From: Candidatus Peregrinibacteria bacterium
GTDB taxonomy: Bacteria > Patescibacteriota > Gracilibacteria > UBA1369 > GCA-2718715
Assembly (NCBI GenBank): GCA_014240275.1
Contig: JAAZXH010000008.1
Location: 32,653-96,652 of the forward strand
DNA length: 64,000 bases
Direction: 5' to 3'
Shown: piece after piece, positions 1-9,673 of the stretch
How the letters are laid out: each line of letters starts with the position of its first letter
Position numbering within the stretch: the stretch's first letter is position 1
Program-made: the position numbers and the translations under genes
The notes under the pieces: model-generated
What the model saw: the letters and a program-made list of their open reading frames with translations, nothing else
Databases searched by the model: none
What the model was told of the DNA's origin: nothing

Positions 1-105
1 TTTATATTCAAATTCTTCTGGTAAATTAAGTAGAAGTGACTTTAAAAGCAAATCGTCACCATAGTTGCCACAACCGTAATTTCCAACAATTAATGAATAT
101 TTCAT
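1..105 (-). CDS. Polysaccharide pyruvyl transferase family protein (CsaB-like), N-terminal fragment running off the window
   Basis: Manual translation from ATG at 105: MKYSLIVGNYGCGNYGDDLLLKSLLLNLPEEFEYK. GxYGxGNxGD is the family's N-terminal motif. Start overlaps the rnhB stop (ATGA). Confidence 0.7.
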   Translation of the reverse strand, partial: MKYSLIVGNYGCGNYGDDLLLKSLLLNLPEEFEYK

Positions 106-653
106 GATTTAATTTTAAAGCTCCTGCGGTGAATCTGAGTATAACCAAATTTTTGTATAGCCTTTCTATGAAACATAGTACCATAGCCCTTGTGCCTTTC
201 AAAACCATATTGAGAATAAGAAGAGGCAAGATCCCTCATATAAGCATCTCTAAATTCCTTAGCAATAATACTAGCCAACGCTACTGCTTTATATTGATCT
301 TCTGCTTTGTACTCAAAACGGTGATCAAATTTCAAATCAATCTTATAACGGCCATCTATAATATATGGGCAAAAGTGTAAACGAGAAGAAAGGTTAGAAT
401 AACATTGTAACAAAGCTTCTCTAAATGCTAGCGATATACCAAAATTGTCAATGAAATTGGCGGAAACAGAAGCTATTGCAAAATCAACTTGTGGTAAAAG
501 CTCACGCAAAAGTTTTCTACGTTTGGTTGACGTTAAACGTTTTGAGTCAATTAAATTAAAATCATTAAAAAGAGGAGAGTTGAGAACTGCACAAACCACC
601 ATTGGACCAGCTAAACAACCACGACCAACCTCATCAACACCTATATAAGACAT
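102..653 (-). CDS. rnhB: Ribonuclease HII
   Basis: GVDEVGRG, DSK, IDG, ASIIAK, HKGYGT and HRRSF motifs. Probable start is the ATG at 653, coupled (TAATG) to the upstream stop. Confidence 0.95.
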   Translation of the reverse strand: MSYIGVDEVGRGCLAGPMVVCAVLNSPLFNDFNLIDSKRLTSTKRRKLLRELLPQVDFAIASVSANFIDNFGISLAFREALLQCYSNLSSRLHFCPYIIDGRYKIDLKFDHRFEYKAEDQYKAVALASIIAKEFRDAYMRDLASSYSQYGFERHKGYGTMFHRKAIQKFGYTQIHRRSFKIKS

Positions 654-1537
654 TAGTAGTCCTGAGTTGTTGCTGATCCAATACATTTAACAGCCAAACT
701 GTTACCGGCATGAACTGAACTTGCAATATCTTTGGACTGTAAGTATTCAGTAAAAAAACCAGCCCTAAAAGCATCGCCACAACCGGTTGGATCAATTGGA
801 TTTTTTGCTGGCAAGGTGTCAAAATATTCATTAATATTTAATTCGGAGTTAACTACATTTATTGGTTTAAAACCATCAGTAATAATTACGTAGGACGCTT
901 TGTTATAAATTTCAAAATCTTTTAATTGAAATATATCTTTAATTAAAGCCATTTCTTCTTTGTTCAAAATTAAAAACTCAGAATACTCTAAGATTTCTAA
1001 AAACTTATCACGTTGAAAAGCTGAAATTTGCTGACCTGGATCAAAAACTAAAGGTATATTATGTTTTTCAGTAAACTCATATGCTTCTATCATACAATTA
1101 ACAGAATCTGGAGAAACTATAAATATCTCATAATCTGTCTTGGCAAATTTATAAACATCAGAACTAGCCAAAACAGCAGCATTTGACATAAAGAAAGTCA
1201 GTTGCTGAGACTCATTATCAGTTGCAATGTATGCACAAGCAGTATAGGAATTCGGAATTATAACAACATTCTCAGAGGGGATATTAAACTTTTTAAAACG
1301 ATCAAGGTAATCATTAGAATCTAACGAACCTAAAACTCCATACATATCAAAATCGGCACCAAGCTGCGCAAGACCATAAGCAATATTACCGGCACAACCT
1401 CCAAAAGAAACTAATTTTTCAGATAATACAAAACTACAATTTATAAATTGAGAAGCAGAAAGATTACGTTTAAAATTATCCTTATAACGCAGCAAGTGAT
1501 CATAGGCTAAATGGCCAGAAATTCCAATTTTAGACAT
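653..1537 (-). CDS. PfkB-family carbohydrate/nucleoside kinase (adenosine kinase-like)
   Basis: SGHLAYD, GGCAGNIAYGL, FDPGQ and DPTGCGDAFRAG motifs. Confidence 0.88.
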   Translation of the reverse strand: MSKIGISGHLAYDHLLRYKDNFKRNLSASQFINCSFVLSEKLVSFGGCAGNIAYGLAQLGADFDMYGVLGSLDSNDYLDRFKKFNIPSENVVIIPNSYTACAYIATDNESQQLTFFMSNAAVLASSDVYKFAKTDYEIFIVSPDSVNCMIEAYEFTEKHNIPLVFDPGQQISAFQRDKFLEILEYSEFLILNKEEMALIKDIFQLKDFEIYNKASYVIITDGFKPINVVNSELNINEYFDTLPAKNPIDPTGCGDAFRAGFFTEYLQSKDIASSVHAGNSLAVKCIGSATTQDY

Positions 1538-1539
1538 GT

Positions 1540-2244
1540 TTATTGATTAGAGATATAAAAACCGGCCTCTTGTAGACCTTGGAAAGTGCCAACATCAAAC
1601 CAAGCTTCTTGCAAAGTTGTATAACTAAGCTGGTCTTCTTTTAAATAAAGTTCTAGTAGATCTACTATTTCAAATTCACCTCGTGCTGATTTACTTAATT
1701 TTGGTATTTTTTTAAAAACAGTATTATCAAACATGTAAAGCCCAGTAATAGCTAGGTCAGACTGAGGGTCTTCAGGTTTTTCAACCATATCAGAAACAGA
1801 GTCATTTTCATCTAAATACAAAATACCAAATCTAGAAGGGTCATTAACGGCTTTTGTAAATACAGAAGCACCAGATTTAAAAGATTTAACTTGAGTAGAA
1901 ACGTCATCGAAGGCTAAATTATCTCCTAAAACGACAAAACAATCATCATCACCAACAAAATCCCTAGCATGATAAATAGCATCAGGTAATCCATGCGGAT
2001 GATCTTGGATCTTATATTGGATATTTACACCAAACTCTTTACCAGAATGTAAGTATTTCATAAACATATCAGCGTGAAAATAATCAATGACTATCAAAAT
2101 ATCTTTTACCCCAGAGCGAATTAGAAAATCTAGAGGATAAAAAATCATCGGTTTGTCATAAACTGGCAATAAACTTTTAGGAAATAAATTCGTCAAAGGT
2201 TGTAAACGAGTACCACGACCTCCAGCTAGTATCACACCTTTCAT
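1540..2244 (-). CDS. rmlA: Glucose-1-phosphate thymidylyltransferase (short form)
   Basis: GVILAGGRGTRLQPLT, LPVYDKPMI, EKP, SARGEFEI, WFDVGT. Confidence 0.9.
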   Translation of the reverse strand: MKGVILAGGRGTRLQPLTNLFPKSLLPVYDKPMIFYPLDFLIRSGVKDILIVIDYFHADMFMKYLHSGKEFGVNIQYKIQDHPHGLPDAIYHARDFVGDDDCFVVLGDNLAFDDVSTQVKSFKSGASVFTKAVNDPSRFGILYLDENDSVSDMVEKPEDPQSDLAITGLYMFDNTVFKKIPKLSKSARGEFEIVDLLELYLKEDQLSYTTLQEAWFDVGTFQGLQEAGFYISNQ

Positions 2245-3083
2245 AAATATTGAGTTATGTATTCTTGCAAAGCGAGTTTAAAATTTCGCATAGGCTTAAT
2301 TCTTTCACTGGACAGTATAGAACATTCAGGCCTAGTTGCCAAGCGTTTTAAATCCTTAGAACTAATAGCTTCGATCATCTTACCTGTGGCAGCAAGTTCT
2401 TCTATAGCTAAGGCAAATTGATGCCAATTAACAGGATTGTCATTACATAAATGCATAACACCAGAGGGCTTTTCTTCTAATACAGTATTTAATAAATAAT
2501 TAGCTATATCGAGGGTATAAGTTGGACACCCAGTTTGGTCTGTTACAACAGCAACAGGATTATCCGATTCTAATTTTTTATATATAGAAGAAACAAAATT
2601 ATTCTTATGAGGTCCAAACAGCCAACTAGTACGAATAATCAAGGCTTTATCATTGTTCTGCAAAGCCTGAATTTCAGCACGTAACTTAGTTTGGCCATAG
2701 TAATTAATAGGGTTGGGAACATCTGATTCAATATAAGCCTGGCCCTTTTTTCCGTCAAATACATAGTCGGAACCAAATGTAATAAAGTAAGCATTTATTT
2801 TTTTTGATAATTTAGCTAACTGCATAACCAAGTCAACATTTAATTCTTCCGCTAAAACCTGCTCATATTCCTCAACCTCACATTGATCTACAAGGTTATA
2901 ACCTGCACAATTAATAATTACATCTGGCATATGATCTTCAATATAATCAGCTACTTGATGAAAACTGCGTAATTCTAACTCGGATCTATCTGGAACTAAA
3001 AGTTCAAAATCAGAAGGTAAAAAAACCTGCTTAATTGCAGAACCAAGTAAACCGGTGGATCCAAGGAGTAAAACTTTATTCAT
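2241..3083 (-). CDS. rmlD: dTDP-4-dehydrorhamnose reductase
   Basis: GSTGLLG, SDYVFDG, YGQTK, RTSWLFG, DQTGCPT. Confidence 0.92.
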   Translation of the reverse strand: MNKVLLLGSTGLLGSAIKQVFLPSDFELLVPDRSELELRSFHQVADYIEDHMPDVIINCAGYNLVDQCEVEEYEQVLAEELNVDLVMQLAKLSKKINAYFITFGSDYVFDGKKGQAYIESDVPNPINYYGQTKLRAEIQALQNNDKALIIRTSWLFGPHKNNFVSSIYKKLESDNPVAVVTDQTGCPTYTLDIANYLLNTVLEEKPSGVMHLCNDNPVNWHQFALAIEELAATGKMIEAISSKDLKRLATRPECSILSSERIKPMRNFKLALQEYITQYL

Positions 3084-4770
3084 AATAATTTGTAATTAAC
3101 TGAAGTAGATTCTCGAAAGATAAATTTTGACTATCATCCTCTGATCTAAATTTAAGTTCTAACTCTTGATTTTCTTGGAGACGTTTAGAAACAACAATAC
3201 GTACGGGAATACCAATTAAATCAGCATCTGCAAATTTAGTACCAGGATTAGCTTTTCGGTCGTCCCATAGAACATCATAGCCAAGATCTAAAAATTTTTG
3301 ATAATATTCTTGGCCTAAGTCAGGAGAGTTAATATCGATTAAGTGAATATGGAAAGGACTTAGTTTTTTAGGCCAAATAATTCCTTTTGCATCATGGTGT
3401 CTATCGACCACAGTTTGCAAAGTTCTACATACACCAAAACCATAACAACCCATATGGAAATGGTGAGACTTATTGTCACTACCAGCATACACCGCATCCT
3501 TCATTAAACGTGAATAATGAGTACCAAGATGGAAAATATTACCAACCTCTACTCCTTTTTTAGCAATTAGCTTTGATTTACCATCAGGAGCAAGCATTGA
3601 AGCTTTTGCTATTGCAAGATCAAACTCTAAATCACAGGTAAAATCTCTACCATAATTGACATTAATGGTATCGTGAGTATCACTTTTTTGACCCCCCACC
3701 ATATTATTTACGTATTTCAAACTATTGTCACCAACATAGGTAACCTTATCATTACCAAACGATTTAACATAACCATATTTAGTTCCAACCTTTTCTAGAT
3801 CTGACTCATTAGCCTCTCGCAATAAGCCAACCATATCTAAAGCATTTTCTAATTTATTTTTATTAATGTCAATATCACCTCTAGCAACTACTACAAAAGT
3901 TTGTTGTGAGTGATCATTTACAAAAACTACATTTTTTAAATATTTATAAAGAGGCAAACCATAATGTTTTTTGTTGTCTTGCATATTCAAAACCCATTCT
4001 GGTTGGGTAACTGTTTCAAGTGGTAATATATCAGCATCATCTAATACTGCATGTTTAAATTCTGCAATATCTTCATGAGCTATATAGGAGCCGTCCTCGG
4101 AAACAAAGTAATCACTTTCTCCAATTTGTGTTTAAACAATAAATTCATGAGAAAAATCCCCACCAAAATAGCCATTATCAGCTGGTACAAAATCTACTTT
4201 TAATTCACAGTCCTGATAAATATCCAAATAAGCCTTTGCTAATTTATCATAGGTTAATTTAAAGGAATCTTCATCAATGTCAAAACTATAAGCATCTTTC
4301 ATTAAAAATTCGCGTACACGTAATAAACCACCCCGAGCTCTGAGTTCATCACGAAACTTATAACCCATTTGATAGATAGTAAACGGAAGCTCTTTGTAAC
4401 TGATATTAAATTTACGAACAACATCCACAAACATTTCTTCTGCAGTACCACCTAAGGCAAATTCTGCACCACGGCGATCTTTTAAAGTCATAAGCTCATA
4501 ACCTCCAGACTTATCACGCTTGGTTTCTTGCCATAATTCAATTTGATGCAATACTGGAGCAAACATTTTTTGACAATCAGCAGCTAACATATGCTTATCG
4601 ACTATGGCTGTTAACTTATCCATAACTTTTTGACCAAGTGGTAAAAAGTAATAACGACCCGCTACAGATTCAGTAATAAATCCTGCTTGTAAAAGTAACT
4701 TATGCGATGTAAGTGTTATCTCTGAAGAGATATGTTTTAAAGTTTTACCAAAAAATTTAGAATATTTCAT
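3076..4770 (-). pseudogene. proS: Proline--tRNA ligase (bacterial type with INS editing domain), 564 codons, interrupted by a single in-frame TAA at 4134-4132
   Basis: ORFs 4132..4770 (KFRDELRARGGLLRVREFLMKDAYSF) and 3076..3990 (GVEVGNIFHLG, MGCYGFG, KFADADLIGIP) are in the same frame. The 47 codons between them are open and ProRS-like. Functional status is uncertain. Confidence 0.85.
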
Positions 4771-4773
4771 AAT

Positions 4774-5751
4774 TTATTTTAAAGAATTTTCTACCCAGTC
4801 CTTATGTGACTGGTACCAGTCAAAGGTTTTTTGTATCCCCTCAGAAAAGGGGACTTTGGGCTCCCAACCAAGGTCATTCTTTATTTTGGAACTATCAATC
4901 GCATATCTTCGATCATGAGCTTTTCTATCTTCTACATATGTAACTAAATCAGTTGGTTTACTTAAGAATCCCAAAATAAGTTTTGTGATAACTAAATTTG
5001 TTCTTTCAAAATTACCACCTATATTATAAATACTACCAGGTTTAGCCTTATCTAAAATAACACCCAGTGCTTCACAGTGGTCAGAAACATACAACCAGTC
5101 TCTAATGTAATTTCCATCACCATAAATAGGGAGAGGCTTATCTTGCAATGCAAGATTGAAAAAGAGGGGAATCAACTTTTCTGGATACTGATAAGGACCA
5201 TAATTATTACTACAACGTGAAATTGTTACATACATTCCATATGTTACAAAATAGGAGTTTACCAACATATCAGCTGAAGCTTTGGTAGCTGCATATGGGC
5301 AATTTGGATCAAGAGGAGTTTCTTCTGTGAAAAAATCTTCAGAATCAAGACCAAGATCACCATATACTTCATCGGTTGAAACCTGATGATAGCGCTTTAC
5401 TCCATGATCACGAGCAGCCATAAGTAGATTATGAGTACCAACAATATTAGATTGAATAAAAATGTCTGGTGCTTCGATAGAACGATCAACATGTGATTCA
5501 GCAGCAAAATGTATTACCGCATCGAATTTATTATCAGCAAAGTATTGATCTATAAAGGTATAATCAGCAACATCACCCTGAGTAAAATGCACATGACCAT
5601 TATCTATTAGATCCTGGATGTTTTCTAAATTTCCAGCATAGGTTAATTTATCTAAAACATAAACCTTCACTTTATGTTTTTCAACATAATAGCGAACAAA
5701 GTTTGAACCAATAAAACCAGCACCACCAGTAACAAGTAATCTATTAAACAT
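4774..5751 (-). CDS. rmlB: dTDP-glucose 4,6-dehydratase
   Basis: VTGGAGFIGS, DKLTYAG, FAAESHVDRSI, VSTDEVYG, YAATK, CSNNYGPYQYPEK. Confidence 0.96.
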   Translation of the reverse strand: MFNRLLVTGGAGFIGSNFVRYYVEKHKVKVYVLDKLTYAGNLENIQDLIDNGHVHFTQGDVADYTFIDQYFADNKFDAVIHFAAESHVDRSIEAPDIFIQSNIVGTHNLLMAARDHGVKRYHQVSTDEVYGDLGLDSEDFFTEETPLDPNCPYAATKASADMLVNSYFVTYGMYVTISRCSNNYGPYQYPEKLIPLFFNLALQDKPLPIYGDGNYIRDWLYVSDHCEALGVILDKAKPGSIYNIGGNFERTNLVITKLILGFLSKPTDLVTYVEDRKAHDRRYAIDSSKIKNDLGWEPKVPFSEGIQKTFDWYQSHKDWVENSLK

Positions 5752-6142
5752 TTTTTAAAAATTTATTAAAGTCTTCTATATAATCTTCACGATTAGGATT
5801 GTAATGAGTAGAACTTAAGCATAACATTACAGCCTTTTTAGAAAAATCATAAAACTCATGCCAGATGTAATTCCCAACGTAAAGCGCCTTTTGATGATCT
5901 TCAAGGGTGAGTATAATTTCTTTTTCACCATCGTGAAGTCGAACCTTACAAGTTCCGCTAACCATATAAAAAATCTCTTCTTCTCTTTTATGGCAATGAC
6001 CACCGCGGGGTGTTAAATTATTCCAAACGGTATAAACTCTCTTTGGTGTAAAAGGTAGGCTTTGATCAAATTCAACAGGGGTTAAATTGCCTTTTTGAGT
6101 AATATGATTATTTAAATCAAATTCAAAATATTTTTCTGTCAT
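5744..6142 (-). CDS. FdtA/QdtA-family cupin (dTDP-4-keto-6-deoxyglucose 3,4-ketoisomerase-like)
   Basis: KGNL, PFTPKRVY, RGGHCHK, WHEFYDFS, DYIED. Confidence 0.82.
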   Translation of the reverse strand: MTEKYFEFDLNNHITQKGNLTPVEFDQSLPFTPKRVYTVWNNLTPRGGHCHKREEEIFYMVSGTCKVRLHDGEKEIILTLEDHQKALYVGNYIWHEFYDFSKKAVMLCLSSTHYNPNREDYIEDFNKFLKNV

Positions 6143-6152
6143 GTTTTAAATA

Positions 6153-8210
6153 TTATAATGAGCGTTCACGCATTTCAATTTCGTATGCTTCTAATACATC
6201 ACCTTCTTCAAGCAAGACCTTACCGGTATATTTAATACCAGCTTCATTCCCTGATTTTACAGTATCCTCAACTGTTTTACCTTTCTGAAGTGAAAGTATT
6301 TTACCTTCACCTACTTCTTCACCAGAGCGGATTACACGTAATTTACAACCGTTTTTAAACAAACCATTAGTGATTTTCAAACCAACAATTTGATCCTTCT
6401 TCTTCGTGAAGAAAATTTCACGTGCTTCAGCTTTACCAAGTTCTATAACAACTTCTTCTGGCTCTAATAGACCAGACATAATATTGGTAAGGTCATTAAT
6501 CATCTTATAAATAATCTTATAGTTTTTAATTTCGACGCCTCTCATATCAGCCATTTTTTGAATTTCTGGAGGGATACTTACGTGAAAGCCAAGCACTATA
6601 GCTGAACCAGCTGCGGCCATAGATATATCAGACTGGGAAACATTACCAACACCATGGTGCACAATTTTAATCATGACTTCTTCATGTCTTAACTTTTCTA
6701 GAGATTGCTTAATAGCATCATAACTACCTTTGGTATCTGTTTTAAGAATAACTTTGACAACCTTAAGGCTACCAGCACGAATTTTTGAAACTATTTCAGT
6801 TAAAGTTGATTGACCTTGTAAACGTTCACCTTTACGTATGGCAGCAATTTGTTTTGCTTTTTCTCGAGCTTCTTTTTCAGAATCAATAACCTGTAGAATA
6901 TCTCCAGCGTGTGGAGTTTTTGAAAGACCAGCTAACATACAAGGAGAACCTGGGGAGACAGTTTTAATTTTTTGACCATTCTCATCAAGGATTGTTTTAA
7001 CCTTGCCGTAAGCATCACCTACTACAAAATTTTGACCTATTTTTAAAGTACCAGTATTAACAACTATAGTTGCGACTGGACCAAGTCCTTGTTCAACATT
7101 AGTTTCTACTACAGTAGCAACTGCATTTCTATCTGGGTTAGCCAGCAGTGGATCAATATCTGCAACTAGCAAGATCATTTCTAGCAGATGATCTATACCG
7201 TCTCCTTTTAGGGCAGAAATTGGACACATAATTGTTTTTCCTCCCCAGTCTTCAGCTTGTAAACCATACTCAACCAATTCGGTTTTAACTTTATCTGGAT
7301 TCGCTGTTGGTAAATCCATTTTATTAATGGCCACAATAATAGGAACACCCGCATCCTGAGCGTGATTAATAGCTTCTACAGTAGTTGGTTTAACACCTTC
7401 AGCAGCAGAAACAACCAAAATTGCAATATCAGTCAGACGAGCTCCACGTGAGCGCATTTCAGTAAAGGCTTCGTGACCCGGGGTATCTAAAAAAGTAATC
7501 AACCTATCATTCTTTTTAACTTGGTAAGCGGCAATATGTTGCGTTATTCCTCCAGATTCGGATGCTACCACATTAGTTTTACGGATTGTATCTAAAAGCT
7601 TAGTTTTACCATGATCAACGTGACCCATTATTGTAATAATAGGTGGACGTAATTTAAGATCTTCTTTTTCATCATCCCCAATAATCAATTTTAAGTCCTG
7701 AGATATTAAATCAGAAGTAGAGCTTGAAGACTCAACTTTTTTAACTGAAATTCCAAATTCTACCAAAATCAAAGCTACTGTATCAAAGTCTAACTGCTGA
7801 TTAATATTTGCTAAAATACCATTTTTCATCAATTCACCTATCAATTTTGCAGGATTAACACCAGTTTTTTCAGCCAATTCCTTAACAGAAATTGTATCAC
7901 CCATAAATAAGGTATCTGTTTTTAACTCAGTAACAGAATCCTTTTTAACCTTACTAACTTTTTTCGAACCAGCAACTTGTTTTCTTTGAGTCTTTACTGT
8001 TTCTTTTTCTAAATTATCTTCAACAGACGTTACCAGCTTTTCAATTTCAGATTTAGTGGTACCAAGTTCATCTTCTAATAATTCTGCAATGTCATCATCA
8101 ACAGATAAATTAGTCTCATTAAATTCAAAACCATGTTCTTTTAGAATTCCAACTAACTCTTCTACACTACTATTTAACTTCTCAGCTAAGTTCTCAAGCT
8201 TTATACTCAT
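6153..8210 (-). CDS. infB: Translation initiation factor IF-2
   Basis: RPPIITIMGHVDHGKT, GGITQHI, DTPGHEAF, INKMD. Confidence 0.98.
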   Translation of the reverse strand: MSIKLENLAEKLNSSVEELVGILKEHGFEFNETNLSVDDDIAELLEDELGTTKSEIEKLVTSVEDNLEKETVKTQRKQVAGSKKVSKVKKDSVTELKTDTLFMGDTISVKELAEKTGVNPAKLIGELMKNGILANINQQLDFDTVALILVEFGISVKKVESSSSTSDLISQDLKLIIGDDEKEDLKLRPPIITIMGHVDHGKTKLLDTIRKTNVVASESGGITQHIAAYQVKKNDRLITFLDTPGHEAFTEMRSRGARLTDIAILVVSAAEGVKPTTVEAINHAQDAGVPIIVAINKMDLPTANPDKVKTELVEYGLQAEDWGGKTIMCPISALKGDGIDHLLEMILLVADIDPLLANPDRNAVATVVETNVEQGLGPVATIVVNTGTLKIGQNFVVGDAYGKVKTILDENGQKIKTVSPGSPCMLAGLSKTPHAGDILQVIDSEKEAREKAKQIAAIRKGERLQGQSTLTEIVSKIRAGSLKVVKVILKTDTKGSYDAIKQSLEKLRHEEVMIKIVHHGVGNVSQSDISMAAAGSAIVLGFHVSIPPEIQKMADMRGVEIKNYKIIYKMINDLTNIMSGLLEPEEVVIELGKAEAREIFFTKKKDQIVGLKITNGLFKNGCKLRVIRSGEEVGEGKILSLQKGKTVEDTVKSGNEAGIKYTGKVLLEEGDVLEAYEIEMRERSL

Positions 8211-8264
8211 AATTGACTTTATTTATACCACCTTAGTTTATGTTTTTTTTAGAATAAAGGCAAG

Positions 8265-8286
8265 AAAAAAGCCGGCTTTGCCGGCT
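8265..8286 (-). terminator. Intrinsic terminator after rpsA
   Basis: Minus strand AGCCGGC-AAA-GCCGGCT hairpin followed by a T run. Confidence 0.8.
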
Positions 8287-8291
8287 ATCCT

Positions 8292-9566
8292 TTAAGCTTT
8301 AATTGCTTCTAGTATCTTGGCTATCATTGCATCAGATAAACCTTCAATAGATTTTAATTGTTTTTCATCTAGAGATTTTATAGCTTCAAATGAATCAAGC
8401 CCTCGTTCCAACAGAACAGATTTAGCTTTAGCAGATAACTTTAAATCACCAAAGTTACCACTGGCAACTGATGATTTAGGAGTAGGAGAGTCAAACAAAG
8501 TAAGACTAATACGATGATTTTCTTTATCTACATTTACTATTTTGGCTTTTACTGGTTTTCCTTCCTTTAAATCAAGTTTTAAATCAGCAAAACGGGGGTC
8601 ATTCAACTCTGTAACGTGAATCAAACCATTGATATCGTCAGTAATGGTAACAAAACAACCAAAATCATTAACCTTTGAAACTTTACCACTTACTTGCATC
8701 CCAGGCGTGTAGGCTTTAGCAATTTCATCCCACGGATTATCAATCAACTTCTTAAGACTTAAAGAAATTTTATCACCTTCTATACCAATTACTTTAACTT
8801 TAATATTATCACCTAGCTTAGCATATTTAGCTGGATCTTCAACGTGTCCCCATGCAATTTCAGAAATATGTACCAAACCTTCCAGTCCGTTGAAAGTTAC
8901 AAACACACCAAAGTTAACAACACCAGAAACTTTACCATCAACTATTTCGTCGATATTGATTTTTTCAAGAGCCTTCTTCTTTTGTTCGTAGTAAGCTGCT
9001 TTTTCTGAAAAAATCAACTTTTTAGTGTCAAAATCAACATTAATAACACGAACTAACATTTTTTTACCAATTAAAGACTGAAGTCTAGCTAAAATCTCTG
9101 CACTATTGGCCCCATTAACACGCGGATAATGCATAGGTGCAAGTTGACTTACAGGCAAGAAACCCTTGATTGAATCTACATCAACTAAAAGGCCACCTTT
9201 ATTGGCATCGGTGATCTTAACTTCAACCGGCTCTTTATTATCATGGTAATCAACAAAACTTTTCCAAGTTCTTTGTTGAGAAGCTCTTCTAAGAGATAAT
9301 ACAGCTAAACCTTCATCATTTTCTTTTACTAAAACAAGAGCTTCAACCTTGTCGCCTTGTACTAATTCAGATAAGGTATTGGTAGCATCAACAGCTTCCG
9401 AACCAGAAATAATACCGGTAGTAACACCTCCAAGATCAACCAAAACTTGGTTGTCTTGAATATAAATAACAGTTCCTTCGACTATTTTTCCAGGTTCTGG
9501 AATAAAAATCTCAGGGGAACCTTCCTGATTTAATAAATCTAACATTGAGAATTCTACTTTGTTCAT
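8292..9566 (-). CDS. rpsA: 30S ribosomal protein S1 (four S1 domains plus a C-terminal HhH-like domain)
   Basis: NKGGLLV, GFLPVSQL, FGVFV, EGLVHISEIAW, ISLSLK repeats. Confidence 0.92.
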   Translation of the reverse strand: MNKVEFSMLDLLNQEGSPEIFIPEPGKIVEGTVIYIQDNQVLVDLGGVTTGIISGSEAVDATNTLSELVQGDKVEALVLVKENDEGLAVLSLRRASQQRTWKSFVDYHDNKEPVEVKITDANKGGLLVDVDSIKGFLPVSQLAPMHYPRVNGANSAEILARLQSLIGKKMLVRVINVDFDTKKLIFSEKAAYYEQKKKALEKINIDEIVDGKVSGVVNFGVFVTFNGLEGLVHISEIAWGHVEDPAKYAKLGDNIKVKVIGIEGDKISLSLKKLIDNPWDEIAKAYTPGMQVSGKVSKVNDFGCFVTITDDINGLIHVTELNDPRFADLKLDLKEGKPVKAKIVNVDKENHRISLTLFDSPTPKSSVASGNFGDLKLSAKAKSVLLERGLDSFEAIKSLDEKQLKSIEGLSDAMIAKILEAIKA

Positions 9567-9673
9567 AAAATTTTGTTTGGTAACTAGTTAAAAAATAATA
9601 CGCAAGATCTACATTAATTACCAAATATAAATCAAGCGCACTAATTTTACCAACATTTATTTAAGAAGGCAAG

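Noticed and set aside
4130-4137. TTTAAAC slippery heptamer at the proS stop
   Set aside because: Both parts of proS are in the same frame, so a frameshift would not restore the protein.
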